Shown here piece by piece: positions 15,657-29,737 of a stretch of DNA of 64,000 nucleotides. Origin of the DNA: the human T2T-CHM13v2.0 reference genome, Homo sapiens; NCBI RefSeq assembly GCF_009914755.1, contig NC_060927.1; one strand, written 5' to 3'. Under the pieces are notes generated by a model that saw only the letters and a list, made by a program, of their open reading frames with translations, had not been told where the DNA came from and did no database searches. Every line of letters starts with the position of its first letter. The stretch's first letter is position 1. Made by a program: the position numbers and the translations under genes.

Positions 15657-16136
15657 TGGATATTCTAGGAAACCAATGAAACTGAAGCTTAGGGGCCCCT
15701 CACTTCACAGGACCCTCCTTAGAAAGGTGTATGTGCTCTTACAATTTTGTAAAATTCGGAAAGGGATATTTAAAAATTCTTTTTATTTTTTCTCTGTTGC
15801 CCAGGCTGGAGTGCAGTTGCATGATCATGGCTCACTGTAACCTCAACATTCTGGGCTCAAGCTATCCTCCCGCCTCAGCCTCTGGGTAGGTAGGACTGCA
15901 GGCGGACACCACCACGCCCTGCTAATTTTTTTTTTTTTTTTTTTTTAGTACAAACGAAGTCTAGTTATGTTGCCCAGGCTGGTCTCAAACGCCTGGGCTC
16001 AAGTGATCCTCTTGCCTCTGCCTCTTAAAGTGCTGGGATTATAGGCGTGAGCCACTGCACCTGGCCTTAAAATTCTTTTTCTTGAAAAGGCCCCCCAAAT
16101 TATATAAGTTTCAGACCCTCAAAATGGATCTACCTG
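15657..16136 (+). mobile_element. ORSL-like hAT-Tip100 element, interrupted by AluJ
   Basis: AATGAAACTGAAGCTTAGGGGCCCCTCACTT ... AAAAGGCCCCCCAAATTATATAAGTTTCAGACCC...GGATCTACCTG. Confidence 0.55.
15780..16066 (-). mobile_element. AluJ
   Basis: TSD TTAAAATTCTTTT. Confidence 0.88.
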
Positions 16137-16599
16137 TATCTAAAGCCCTAGACACTTCGCCACCCTTGTTACATTTTCAAGACCACAGCATGTTCAGTGG
16201 TGAGACAAGTCTTGTTCCCACCAATTCCCAAGCAGCACTGGCAATGATGAACTCTTGGATCTCCAATCCCCAGATGGCCGAATCTTGCAGACAGAGACCA
16301 CAGAGGCGGGGGTCCACCTGGGTGCGTCCTCATATCCACCAGGAAGTTCACAGAGCAGACCATGCCCCTACAGGACCCTAGTGGCACTCACACCCACACA
16401 AGGAAAAGAACATGCACAACTATCACACAACTATCTTTCTGCCATTTGTGACCTCTACTGAAATCCACCTTCCAATCCAATTTATGTATTTCGTGATACA
16501 GAGCCTCAGACATCACAGCACGTCCAAGTGGTAAGACGCAGGCAGGTGGACTGAAACTGCTTTCTAAAAGGTAATGCTGCTTGCAAGAATGACAAAAAC

Positions 16600-16882
16600 G
16601 GCCAGGCGCAGTAATCCCAGCACTTTGGGAGGCCTCGGTGGGAGGATCATGAGGTCAGGGGTTCAATATCAGCCTGGTCAAGATAGTGAAACCCTGTCTC
16701 TACTAAAAATACAAAAAAAAAATTAGCTGGGCGTGATGGTGGGCGCCTATAATCTCAGCTACTCGGGAGGCTGAGGCAGAGAATTGCTTAAACCCGGGAG
16801 GCGGAGGATCCAGAGAGCTGAGATCGCACCACCGCACTCCAGCCTGGGCAACAGAGCGAAACTCCGTCTCAAAAAGAAAAAA
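16600..16882 (+). mobile_element. AluS with short 5' internal deletion
   Basis: GGCCAGGCGCAGTAATCCCAGC; TSD AAGAATGACAAAAA. Confidence 0.9.
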
Positions 16883-17317
16883 GAATGACAAAAAGGAGAT
16901 CAAATCACATAATGTCCATGCAAATGTTTTATTATTTTAAAGACTTCTCGAATGTGTGGAGAGTTTTTCAAAATAGCTACCGTTAGGATGGAAAATTTAC
17001 ATCAGCTGGTGCTAAGCACAGTTGTCAATCCAAATGCCCACCCACACCTCTGAGTTGGTGCACAGTGTCCTTCACTCTCTTGCTCTTGGTCCCCCCCAGG
17101 TCTATTCTTATATCCCCTTTTCCCTGGTGTGGGGGAGGGGTCTTCTTTGTGGAGTGCAGCTGGCGGTTATGATAAGCAGGTGTCAGGACTTTGAAAATGA
17201 CCTTGCCCATCAGCTGGTGGGAACCAAGAAGACAAGGAAGTCACTGTGTCACTGTCTGCCGGGTCTCAGTCCCCGAAACAAGACACAGTGAGGCCTGGTG
17301 GGGGAGAGAGAGGAAAG

Positions 17318-17320
<3 letters not shown>

Positions 17321-17380
<60 letters not shown>
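17321..17380. repeat. Compound (CT)n(CA)n microsatellite
   Basis: Direct reading. Confidence 0.95.
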
Positions 17381-17383
<3 letters not shown>

Positions 17384-18312
17384 TCACCAAACAAAAGGAA
17401 ATGCACACAATGTCACCACTAAAGAGCAAAATAAAAACTCAAAGGTGAGGATTAAGTGTTTCCTAAACAGCAGAGGTAAACCAAGGAGACTGAGGCTTAG
17501 ACAAATCCAGGGAAAGTCTGCATTCTATGCGTGGAGTTGGCAAATTCCATCAGGAGAGAGTCAGCAGAGGTTGGGGGAAGGGTAGGGATGTATATTCACC
17601 CAAGGCTGATTCCAGCGCCCAGAAAGCCAGGGCCATGTAAATGGCTGTTACTGTACCAGTCCCTGGAAAGGTTCCAATACCCAGGACATGCTCTGGGAAG
17701 AAAGAGAATGTCCACTAACCCAGTTTCTAATTAAATGTGGGTTAACTGGCACTGCTCCCTGCAGCTCAAGGGGCCAACTGAGAGCTAAAAGGAGCGTTTT
17801 TCAAAATAAAAAGGCCGAGCCCACCAAGCCAGCACTTTTTGTTTTCTCACATCCTTTCAGTTGCTCAACTTGACCCTCTGCTAGTTGGGTTGACTCCTTG
17901 GTCCTTGAAGAAACAAACCCTTCCCTGCCCCCACCAGCTCCACGTCTGCAAGGACAGAGATGCCCCCTTGGCACACGTTGGATTGAACTCTGTTCCTCCT
18001 TTCCCATGATGTCGTCACGGCTGCCCAAGGATGAGTCACTGTGAAAGCCACACATTGTCCCCAGTGGACAAAAGGCTGGACCCAGGAGAGTGGCCCATTC
18101 ACGCTTCTCCAAGAGCTAACCAGCCTCTTTCTACAACATCCAAAGGATGCTGCCTGATGCTGGGGAATGGTTAGTCTTCTCTCCCAGCTCCCAGTGCTAA
18201 CATGAATAGGAAGAGAAACGAGCTTGGAAAAAAACTTTCAGTGAAGTGCAAAGAGCACATGCAGTAGTTACGCTGTGAAAACCAAGGCAAAACTTCATTC
18301 AAGATGCTTAAA

Positions 18313-18610
18313 AGCCAGGTGCAGTGGCTCACGCTGTAATCCCAACACTTTGGGAGCCCAAGGCAGGTGGATCACTTGAGGTCAGGAGTTTGAGACCAGC
18401 CTGGCCAACATGGTGAAACCCCATTTCTACTAAAAATAGAAAAATTAGCTGGGCGTGGTGGCATATGCCTGTAGTCCCAACTACTCAGCAGGCTGAGGCA
18501 GGAGAATCACTTGAACCTGGGAGGCTGAGGCTGCAGTGAGCTGAGATGGCACCCCTGCACACCAGCCTGGGTGACAGAGCAAGGCTCTGTCTCAAAAAAA
18601 AAAAAAAAAA
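18313..18610 (+). mobile_element. AluS
   Basis: Full dimer + A tail. Confidence 0.92.
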
Positions 18611-18664
18611 CTTTAAAGGCCAAAAAGGAATATAGATCAATTTGTTAGTAATAATAATGTCACA

Positions 18665-19260
18665 TTTTCTGCACATCAACTAAGGCACTGGGCTAAGGAA
18701 GGGTGTTGTTTGCATTATCTCATTTCATCCTCAGAACTACTCTATAAGGTAGGTCCTATAATTAGCCTCATTTTACATGCAAGGAAAGCAGAGCAAAGAG
18801 AGCTTAAGTAACTTCCAAAAGGTCACACATCTGGCCAGTGGTACAGTCAGGATTTGAACCAGAGCAGTCTGGCTCCAGAGCTGTGTTCTTAAATATACCA
18901 TGCTATCATTAATTAATAAACTAATTTATAATGATTAAAGTTATGCTAAAGTGTTCACATTTGGGGGAGGTTGTGATGCTTTACGTTTATGTCGTGTCTC
19001 ACCTTCCCCACACCAAAAAAGTCACAACCTGGCTTTTCCCATTTAAAGACAGTATCTGCCAGGTAGTGTGCTGAGCATGTGACATGTATCATCTCATTAA
19101 TCCCCACAACCAATAATATGAGGTTGGTGCTAATATTATTCCTTTTACAGATGAAGACATCGAGCTTCAGGGAAGTTAACATCCTTGCCCAAGGTCATAA
19201 AACAAAGAAGGAATTTGAAGCCAAGAATGTCAGATTCCAGCATCTGTATTCTTTCCATTA
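18665..19260 (-). mobile_element. Two MIR copies
   Basis: MIR cores at ~18770 and ~19145. Confidence 0.75.
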
Positions 19261-20212
19261 TATATGCCATCTCTCGCAGAATTTCAAGATTTTCCAGAAA
19301 AAAAAAAATTAACAGTATCATGAAATGAGGGATGAGAATGACTGAGTCCAATGTTAAGCCACCTGGATTCATTGGGTAGCAAGGACCACAGTGGGTAGCT
19401 GGCCCATAAACCAGGACCATCCTCCTGGCCTCCAGCCTACATCACTGGATGGGTGAACTGTGACAAATCACTTCTCTCTCTAGACCTTGGTTTCTTTATT
19501 TATAAAAGAGGAACAAGAGAGCAAGGGGGACTTCCTGAGTCTCAGGTAGACCAGGGCACTCCCAGAGGGCTCTGTAGGTGGCCATTTCTCCTCCATGGAT
19601 GGACGCTTCCCACCTCCCTTCCCGGCACAATTCTTCGGGATCAGGTTTCTTATTTTTTCCCTGGACCCAAGTGTGTGCACCCAGGTAGGCAATGGCAAGA
19701 AAGTCACAGTCCTTCTCAGCCTCGGTGTGTTCCTAGGGAGGAGATGAGGAGGGGAGGGAAAGAAAGGGGGCTCGAAAGGAGCTGGAATGGGGGCAGAGTG
19801 CTTGAACAAGTGCTACACCTGATCCCAGGAGGTGTAAACATATGCAGAAAAGCTTGTCCCTTAAGTTGGCATGTGTGTCAGATATATTTACACCTCAATC
19901 AAATTAAAATAAAAAATACTATTTGAAGAGATGCCACATCAGATCAGGCAAGATTTTGTCAAATTAAAACTTTGCTACTATAAAGGCTCTATATTAAGTA
20001 TGTAACATCCCATCCAAGACACCTTTTTAAAGGCACCTACCTTCTAAGTTCATTATGAAAAGGGAACAATAAGGAATTGACAAGAAGGATTATTATATGT
20101 GGCTGAGAGGCTGGGGGTAAGGGTGAGCTTGGGGAAATCTTTTCTTTAATAATCAACCCTCAAGGTGCACGGATGATGCCTTAACTCTCTATTTCCATCT
20201 ATTTCCATGATT

Positions 20213-20489
<277 letters not shown>

Positions 20490-20639
20490 TTTCATGCCTA
20501 ATTTAGTGGAGCAAATAAAGCCTGAAACTTCGGGTAGGGACTTAAAATCCTGATTCTGTCACTGATTTGCAGGGTCCTGGGGCTGAGTCAGGAATCATGG
20601 CTCCCTGCCACCTCCCCTCTCACTTGTGAAAAAGGACAG

Positions 20640-21168
20640 TGAAGACCACAAAGGGGATCGCTGGCCCAGATGGCATGAACATCTGGGGTGTCTGCCACCC
20701 AGCATCCAATTCCCTGTGTGTGGGTGACAGCACCTGGCCTTCCCATTGGGGGACCACCCCTCCCTCACTCTCCATCCATGGGTTCAGATGAGGCTGACTC
20801 CATCCTCCACCCCCGAGTTCCAGAGTTCCAGGAGAGAGCACGAAGCCCACGTTGTGAACAAATCTGAGTTCACTCGGGAAGCTCTGCTGGAACAAGTGGG
20901 AATAAGCTTTCACTCCATAGCTGGAGTCAAATGCCAGCCTGGAGTTGGTGGTATCACAGGGAGGAAACGTTCCTGAGAATGATTTCAACACAGAAGAAAG
21001 CAGAGCCAAGAGAAGGGCAGAGTGACAGCAAGGCCTAATCGACACTGAGCCCCTGGATCCCACCATGCCTGAGGCTATCTACTGTCGGACCTTCCATTCC
21101 TGTGGGCCATTACATTCCCTATGGAGCTTGATCCTGAATGAACTGCATTTCTGTCACTTGCAATAACA
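20640..21168 (+). mobile_element. Old MaLR LTR remnant (MLT1J/K/L-like)
   Basis: CACTGAGCCCCTGGATCCCACCATGCCTGAGGC ... TTTCTGTCACTTGCAA. Confidence 0.55.
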
Positions 21169-21782
21169 TTTCCTAGCAGAACCACTGCATAGAATCCTAA
21201 GTCTCTTAGTTATAAGGGATACTGGTGGCTGTCCACCCAGCAGCATTTTGCAGATAATAAGCATTCAATAAATGTAAGTTGGTCTAATGGATGAATGGTT
21301 TGTTCACTTCCTCTAGCTTCAATGCCTCAAACAGAAGGAAAGCTATCCTGTCAGTATTACTCTAAGCCACAGGATAAACCAAGTACATCTTCATGGAGTA
21401 CTAATTTAAATGACAGAAAGTAGCTCCATGCTTGAAAAGCACAGCTGTAACCAAACATAGACACCTGTGGTTCACCCCAGGAATGAAAGGATGGGTCAAC
21501 ATTAGGAAATCTATCAATATAATTCATCTCATTACAGAGTCAAAAGAAAAAACAAAAACAGATGTCTCCTTAGATGCCAATCTTGTTGAATTCCAACATA
21601 TATTCCTGATTGAAAAAAGAAACTTTTAACAAGAATGGAATGAAACTTCCTTAAGAGATATAAAGCTCAAACTGAAAGCCTGCATCACATCTCCTAGGGA
21701 AACATTAGCGCACTCCCACTGAAGTGGGTACAAAGCAAGAGGAACTCTACATACCACCGCTAGTTAACATTATTCAGGAAGC

Positions 21783-22079
<297 letters not shown>

Positions 22080-22295
22080 TCAGGAAGCATTTACCAATCC
22101 AATTAGAAGACAAAAAAAGTCATACTGACTAGAAAGGAAGGGAAAACAAAATTGTATTAATTTGCAGATGATACAATTATATGTCTGGAAAAATCCCTCC
22201 CTACAAAAATATAGTAATAATAAAATAAGATCTGCAAAACTATTAGAGCAAACAGGAAAACTAGATAATATTAATCAACATGAATAAAAGAAGTT

Positions 22296-22751
22296 GGCTG
22301 GACATGGTGGCTCAAGCCTGCAATCCCAGCGCTTTGAGAGGCTGAGACAGGAGGACTGCTTGAGTCCAGGAGTTCAAGATCAGCCTGGGTAACCCAGTGA
22401 GACCTTGTTTCTACAAAAAAATTTTAAAAATTTAGCCGGGCACGGTGGCATGTGTCTGTAGTCCTAGCTACTCTAGAGGCTGAGTCAGGGGGATTGCTTG
22501 AGCTCAGGAGTTTGAGGCTGCAGTGAGCTATGATCACCTCACTGCACTCCAGCCTGGGTAACAGACACTGCCCTGTCCAGTCACCTGGGGAAGCCCAGGA
22601 GGTCCCTGTCTTTGCCAACAAAGGAAGAGAGGACCCATCTTTCAAGACATGACTCGCAATAGCAGGGCTGATCAGACTGATCCACACGTGTGACCATCTC
22701 ATCACCCACATCTGTACTGATCTGAATGTCATTTTTGTCTCAAAAAAAAAA
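22296..22751 (+). mobile_element. AluJ carrying a 173-bp non-Alu insert just before its polyA
   Basis: Alu runs to CTGGGTAACAGA (~22565), then the insert, then TGTCTCAAAAAAAAAA. Confidence 0.88.
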
Positions 22752-23178
22752 GTTATTAATCAATAGCTTTCCTATATACAAAAAAAAAGAAGCATGAATA
22801 CATGCTGGTGATCCAGCTAACATAAATGATTATTCCAGAAAAACATTCCTTCTTGTGCTCTGCCACATTTCCTCTTCTCTACTTGTGTGAATGTTGGTGG
22901 CATGCTTGAAACTCACAGCTGTACCCAAACATAGACACTACCAACCAGGCACTTATTTTGCCTAGGCTCAACCATCTCTGTTGACTGGGAACCAATCTCC
23001 CGAGACTGCCCTGTCCAGTCACCTGGGGAAGCCTAGGAGGACCCTGTTTTTTGCCAACAAAGGAAGAGAGGACCTATCTTTCAAGACATGACTCGCAGTA
23101 GCAGGCTGATCAGGCTGATCCACACGTATGACCGTCTCATCACCCACACCTGTACTGACCTGAATGCCATTCTTTGTC
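22567..23178 (+). repeat. Dispersed direct repeat, ~173 bp (22567-22739 and 23005-23178)
   Basis: About 14 differences by manual alignment (~92% identity). Confidence 0.95.
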
Positions 23179-23189
23179 CAAGCTAAGCC

Positions 23190-24260
23190 CCTGGGCCTTA
23201 GCACATGCTGTCCCTGATGCCTGCCATGATTTTCCTCAAGAAGGCTGCAGGGCTTGCTCTCTCAACATTCAGGTCTATGTTGAATGTTATTCTCTCAAAA
23301 AAGCTCTCCCTGTGTCTCTATGTAAAACTCCACCTGCTTATGCTCACCCTATCACATACTCTATCTTTCCTCACAGCATACACCACCAGCTAATGCCACT
23401 TCACACATCTGTTTATGGTCTGTCTCTCTCACCAGAAGGTAAGCTCCATCAGGGCAGGGACCACCTCATCCGCTTCATTCACTGCAGTATCCCTATCCCA
23501 AACACAGTCCCAGATGCACAGAAGGGGCTCAACAGATGTTAGTTTTATAGGTGGATGGATGGATTTGTTCAGTCCCCAGATCCACTCTCAATTCTACCAC
23601 CGAATATTTTTCATGAGTTCACCTCTCTCCATTGGTTATCCAAGCTATCCACTCACTTATTCTCAACAGGTATTTATGACCTCCATCATCTCTCTCCTGG
23701 ATGGCTACAATACCCCCAGCTGGTTACTTAGCCCTGAGTTTTGCTTCCCTCCAAATCTTTTTCCCACTCTAGCCAGAGATCTTTTCTCAAAATGCAGATT
23801 TAATCAGATTTAAGAAGCCATTTAAAACACTTCAGTGGCCTCTTGGGACCCTTACTACCAAGGCCAAGAGGACCCAGTGTTCCCAGCCCAGAGGACTCCC
23901 AGGCCCCTGCCATATGACATGATCCAGTCTCACTGAGATGCTGTCTTTGCTTCCGGCACATCACATCTCTGTGGAGTCCGGACCTTGGCACACACTGCCC
24001 CTTCCACATGGTTTGCTCTTTACCTGGCTATCCCTCACAGATGCTTCCATTTTCTGTCTGCTACTTCCCACGGGGAATGTTAGGTCCACCCCAAAGGGAC
24101 TACAGATCCTCACACTTCCCTGTCACATGCTCACTGCCCTGGGAATAGCTTGTTTAGGTCTGTGTGCTCCTGTACTATAAGATTCACAAGAGTCGGCCTG
24201 TGCCATTCACAGCACCCAGAACAACGCCCCCGGCACTGAGTAGACACTCGAGATAGACTT
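23190..24260 (+). mobile_element. L2 fragments (two 3' ends)
   Basis: GTAAGCTCCATCAGGGCAGGGACC...TTCACTGCAGTATCCC...GGCTCAACAGATGTT; second end near 24170-24255. Confidence 0.7.
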
Positions 24261-24736
24261 CCTTGACTTTAATTTAAATCATGCCTTCTCCAAATTGGCA
24301 TGGGGTTGGTTTCTTTGTGTCACATCTGATGCTGCTTTGGGCACCCCAATGCACCCTTCATACTCCCTTGAGAAAACAGCAACACACAGGTACATGCTTA
24401 CACTTGCATACACACAGCACTCGGGAACCCACCACTCCCCAAAGTACCCATTCCACCATGACATTCTAACCTTGCAGAAATCTTGTTTCCTGCCTAATGT
24501 TATAAACAGAATATTGAAGCTTCCTACATCAAGAACACTCTACTCCAATTTGACCTGGATCTATCAAAAAGAAGGAAAGATATTAAAAAAAAAAAAAAAA
24601 AGTAGGGGGCTGCCTCTGAAATATCTCCCTTAGCCACCATACCTGGAAGGCCAATAGCAAACAGATTCAATTTTACTTGACAATCTTAAAAAAAAAAATC
24701 AGAGCTATACCTGTATATGGCTTATTTCTGTAATAA

Positions 24737-25074
<338 letters not shown>

Positions 25075-25731
25075 AAGAGCAGTTTTTTATTACAAATGCT
25101 TATCCTTGTTAATAGTTGTTAGAATTATGGTCAATATAATATCTCAATCTGATCTAAAACAAAACAAATGCAGGCTAATGCCTTCACCAGCGTGTCAACT
25201 GAGCAACACCAGCATGGGTTATCCTGACGTTGGAGTGATGTCACCCACGAGGGCCTCTCACTGCAAATGCTGCACCTGGACTCCACCCTTGAGGCTTCAC
25301 TTGAAGTTCATGGAACTGGAGGACCAAGGTAAATGGCACCGCAAAGACACACCTAGACAAACACAGAACGTGGATCTGACTCTTCAAAACGCTAGTGCCA
25401 TGGAGGGCAAAAATAAAGGAGGGATCTGTTCTGGATCGAAGGAGACTAAAGAGATGAAATTATCAAATACAGTGCTTTAGCCAGGAATGGGCCGAGATGA
25501 GTAGGGAAAGGAAAAGGGGTTTCGGAGCAATGGAGGGACTCTGGATCCTGAAGAAGAGTTAGGAGACAGTATTAGTCATAAAACTTCAGAGCTGTGAAAA
25601 ACCATCACCATCTTTACAATGACACAATGCTCCACGATTTACCAAGGAATTTCATGTGACCTAGTCCCACCCGCTCACTTCAGAGATGAGGAAACTGCAC
25701 TCAGAGGAGTGGCTAGACTCTAGCCCTAATG

Positions 25732-25880
25732 CAGTGGGTTGCTGAAGTTGGCACACACTGGGAAGAGTGATTGCACACATCTCAGTGACTCTGTGTTAGC
25801 ATGTTGAAGTTGGCCATGGTGGGAGTATTTACAGAAGTAGGCAAATGCTACAAGTCTGAGCTTTTTCCCCTCAGAAACTC
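25732..25880 (+). mobile_element. MER63A (hAT-Blackjack), 3'-truncated
   Basis: GGCCATGGTGGGAGTATTTAC...GGCAAATGCTACAA...GCTTTTTCCCC. Confidence 0.7.
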
Positions 25881-26404
25881 ATTTGCCCTAACCCTTACCC
25901 TAACCCTGTCCTAAAGCCAGACGTGAACCTAGGCCTCCCTCCAGCCATTCAGGGCTCCTTTCCATCACCCTTGTTTTTGCTCCCTCTTGAGTCCTCTGCC
26001 CCTGAAAAACCTATGCCAGACTGCAAAGTCCTCCAGGGCACGGACTCTATTAGATTGTAATCAGGGCCCCTGCCTGTCCTACTCACCAATGTATCCATGA
26101 GCCCAGCACAGTGCCTGGCACACAGCCTCGATAGATACTCATCATTAGAGAAGACGATTCCTCCTACTTGGGCTCTGCACACAGGTGGGACAAAAGCCAC
26201 CTTCAGCTCAAGCCCCAGAAGCACTCCTGGGGAAAGGCTTAACTCAAGTTCCCATGCTCTTTTCTCACCTAGGGAACAAAATTCTCAAGACTCCCCCAAT
26301 TCACACCCTAGCAGAATACCCCAGACAAAACCAACACTTAAGATATCTCAATAACCTGTACCTTATGAGCCTAGTGAGCCCATAAGATACCTTAACAATG
26401 ATGG

Positions 26405-26699
26405 AGGCAGGACGCAGTGGTTCACACCTATAATTCTAGCTCTTTAGGAGGCCAAGGCAGAAGGATCACTTGAGCTCAGGAGTTTGAGACCAGCCTGGAC
26501 AACATAGTGAGAGTCCATCTATACAAAAAAATTTTTAAATTAGCCAGGTGTGGTGGTGCAAGCCTGTAGTCCCAGCTACTCAGGAGGCTGAGGTAGAAGG
26601 ATCACTTGAGCCCAAGAGGTTGAGGCTGCAGTGATTCATGATCACACCACTGCACTCCAGCCTGGATGACAGAGCGAGACTCTGTCTCTTAAAATAAAA
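26405..26699 (+). mobile_element. AluJ
   Basis: Full dimer. Confidence 0.9.
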
Positions 26700-27676
26700 G
26701 AGGTTTGGATGCCTCCCACCCCACGCTTGCACAGCTCTCTAAGCCCAGTGCTTAACTCCTAGGGTTGAAAAAGTTGATTGCCCTCCAGAGAAAGCGTCAC
26801 ACTCTCACCTGGCAGGAATTTTCTATCAGATTTCCCAGGAGGGAGACCAACATGATGTACATGGTCTCCACCCAGTGAGGGTACCACATAAGGACAGTGG
26901 CTGTTTTAGGTGCCACCATCTACCCTACCTGGACAGGGCCGGGGGAGCATCCTCTTCACCAGATGAGTGTGGGCCAGAGGCAAAACCCCTCAGAGACATT
27001 CTTTTCCTGCCTGTTGTGCTACATGGTGCCACCTGAGTGCTGTGCCCATCAGAGGCCACCTGGTGTGTGTGTCTTTAAACACTTCTCGATTGTGCACTAG
27101 GTGCCAGACACTGCCAGGCCCTTAAGCCTTTATTGTCTCCTATCACTATATTCGTCTCCTCATCTAGACTGTAAGCTGCTTGAAGGCAAGGTCCATGTCT
27201 GACTGTAGCCCAGCATACCCGAAAGAGTGATTAGTACATAGTAGGTACTCAAATAACTGCAGAATGCATTTTTTAATGTGATCACCCTATGTTAGAAATT
27301 GTCACAGAGAAGTAGAGGGCATGCATTCTGAGACCTCCTCCTTGACTCTGCAGTTGGTGGGAGAATGATTTTTGAACTGATAAGAGACTAATGCCACGTG
27401 CTAGACATTGGCCAGATGCCCAGTGACAGAGCTAAGCATTTCTTACCACACTGAATCCTTGCATAACTCTACAAACTAAGTACCACTGTTATCCACCTTT
27501 CACAGATGGGCAAACTGAGACTTGGGAAACTTCAACAACTGGGCCAGGGTACTCACTTCCTCCCCTAACACCCTCCTGGCAGTTCCCCTTGTCACTGGCG
27601 CCACCCTATGAGAAGGTGACTGCCTGGCATTAGGAACATGCTGATTGGCTCCCAATGCCCACCCTTCCACACCTCA

Positions 27677-29010
<1,334 letters not shown>

Positions 29011-29266
29011 AGAACCCTTTTTCCTCATCTGTAAAACGGAGGTGAACAATATGTGTTGTTCACTGGGTTGCGACGATGTTTGGAGCGAATGTATATAAAA
29101 AGCCCCTCAGGAGGTGCCCCAAATAAGCAGGCATTATAATTTGCTGTGTAGAGGATTAGCCATGCTCACTGGAGACCAAGGAGCTTTTTTAGTGACTTTG
29201 CAGCAAATCTTCCAAGATGTTTTCCAATCCATGCCTTTGGCCATTACAAGGGCAGATAATGGTGAA

Positions 29267-29267
<1 letters not shown>

Positions 29268-29309
<42 letters not shown>
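29268..29309. repeat. (AC)~21 microsatellite
   Basis: Direct reading. Confidence 0.95.
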
Positions 29310-29311
<2 letters not shown>

Positions 29312-29441
29312 CCCAAAATAGGACCTGAGGTTGAGGGACCAGATCTGGGGCTTAACTCTTCCACTCATTGGCTACAGGACTGCAGCCAAGCCCTTCACCT
29401 CCATAAGCCTCAGTTCCTCATCTGTAAATAACATCTACTTG

Positions 29442-29737
29442 GGCCGGGCATGGTGGCTCACGCCTGCAATCCCACTACTTTGGGAGGCCGAGGCAGGCAG
29501 ATCACCTGAGGTCGGGAGTTTAAGACCAGCCTGACCAACATGGAGAAACCCCGTCTCTACTAAAAATACAAAATTAGCTGGTCGTGGTGGCACATGCCTG
29601 TAATCACAGCTACTCAGTAGGCTGAGGCAGGAGAATCACTTGAACCCAGGAGCGGAGGTTGCAGTGAGCAGAGATCATGCCACTGCACTCCAGCTTGGAC
29701 AACAAGAGCGAAACTCCGTCTCAAAAAAAAAAAAAAT
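29442..29737 (+). mobile_element. AluSp-like
   Basis: CTGACCAACATGGAGAAACCC diagnostic; TSD ATCTACTT. Confidence 0.92.

Noticed and set aside
19453-19926. 157-aa ORF; also 53072-53542 and 50616-51068
   Set aside because: Non-ATG starts, no recognisable domain and no exon boundaries; consistent with chance ORFs.
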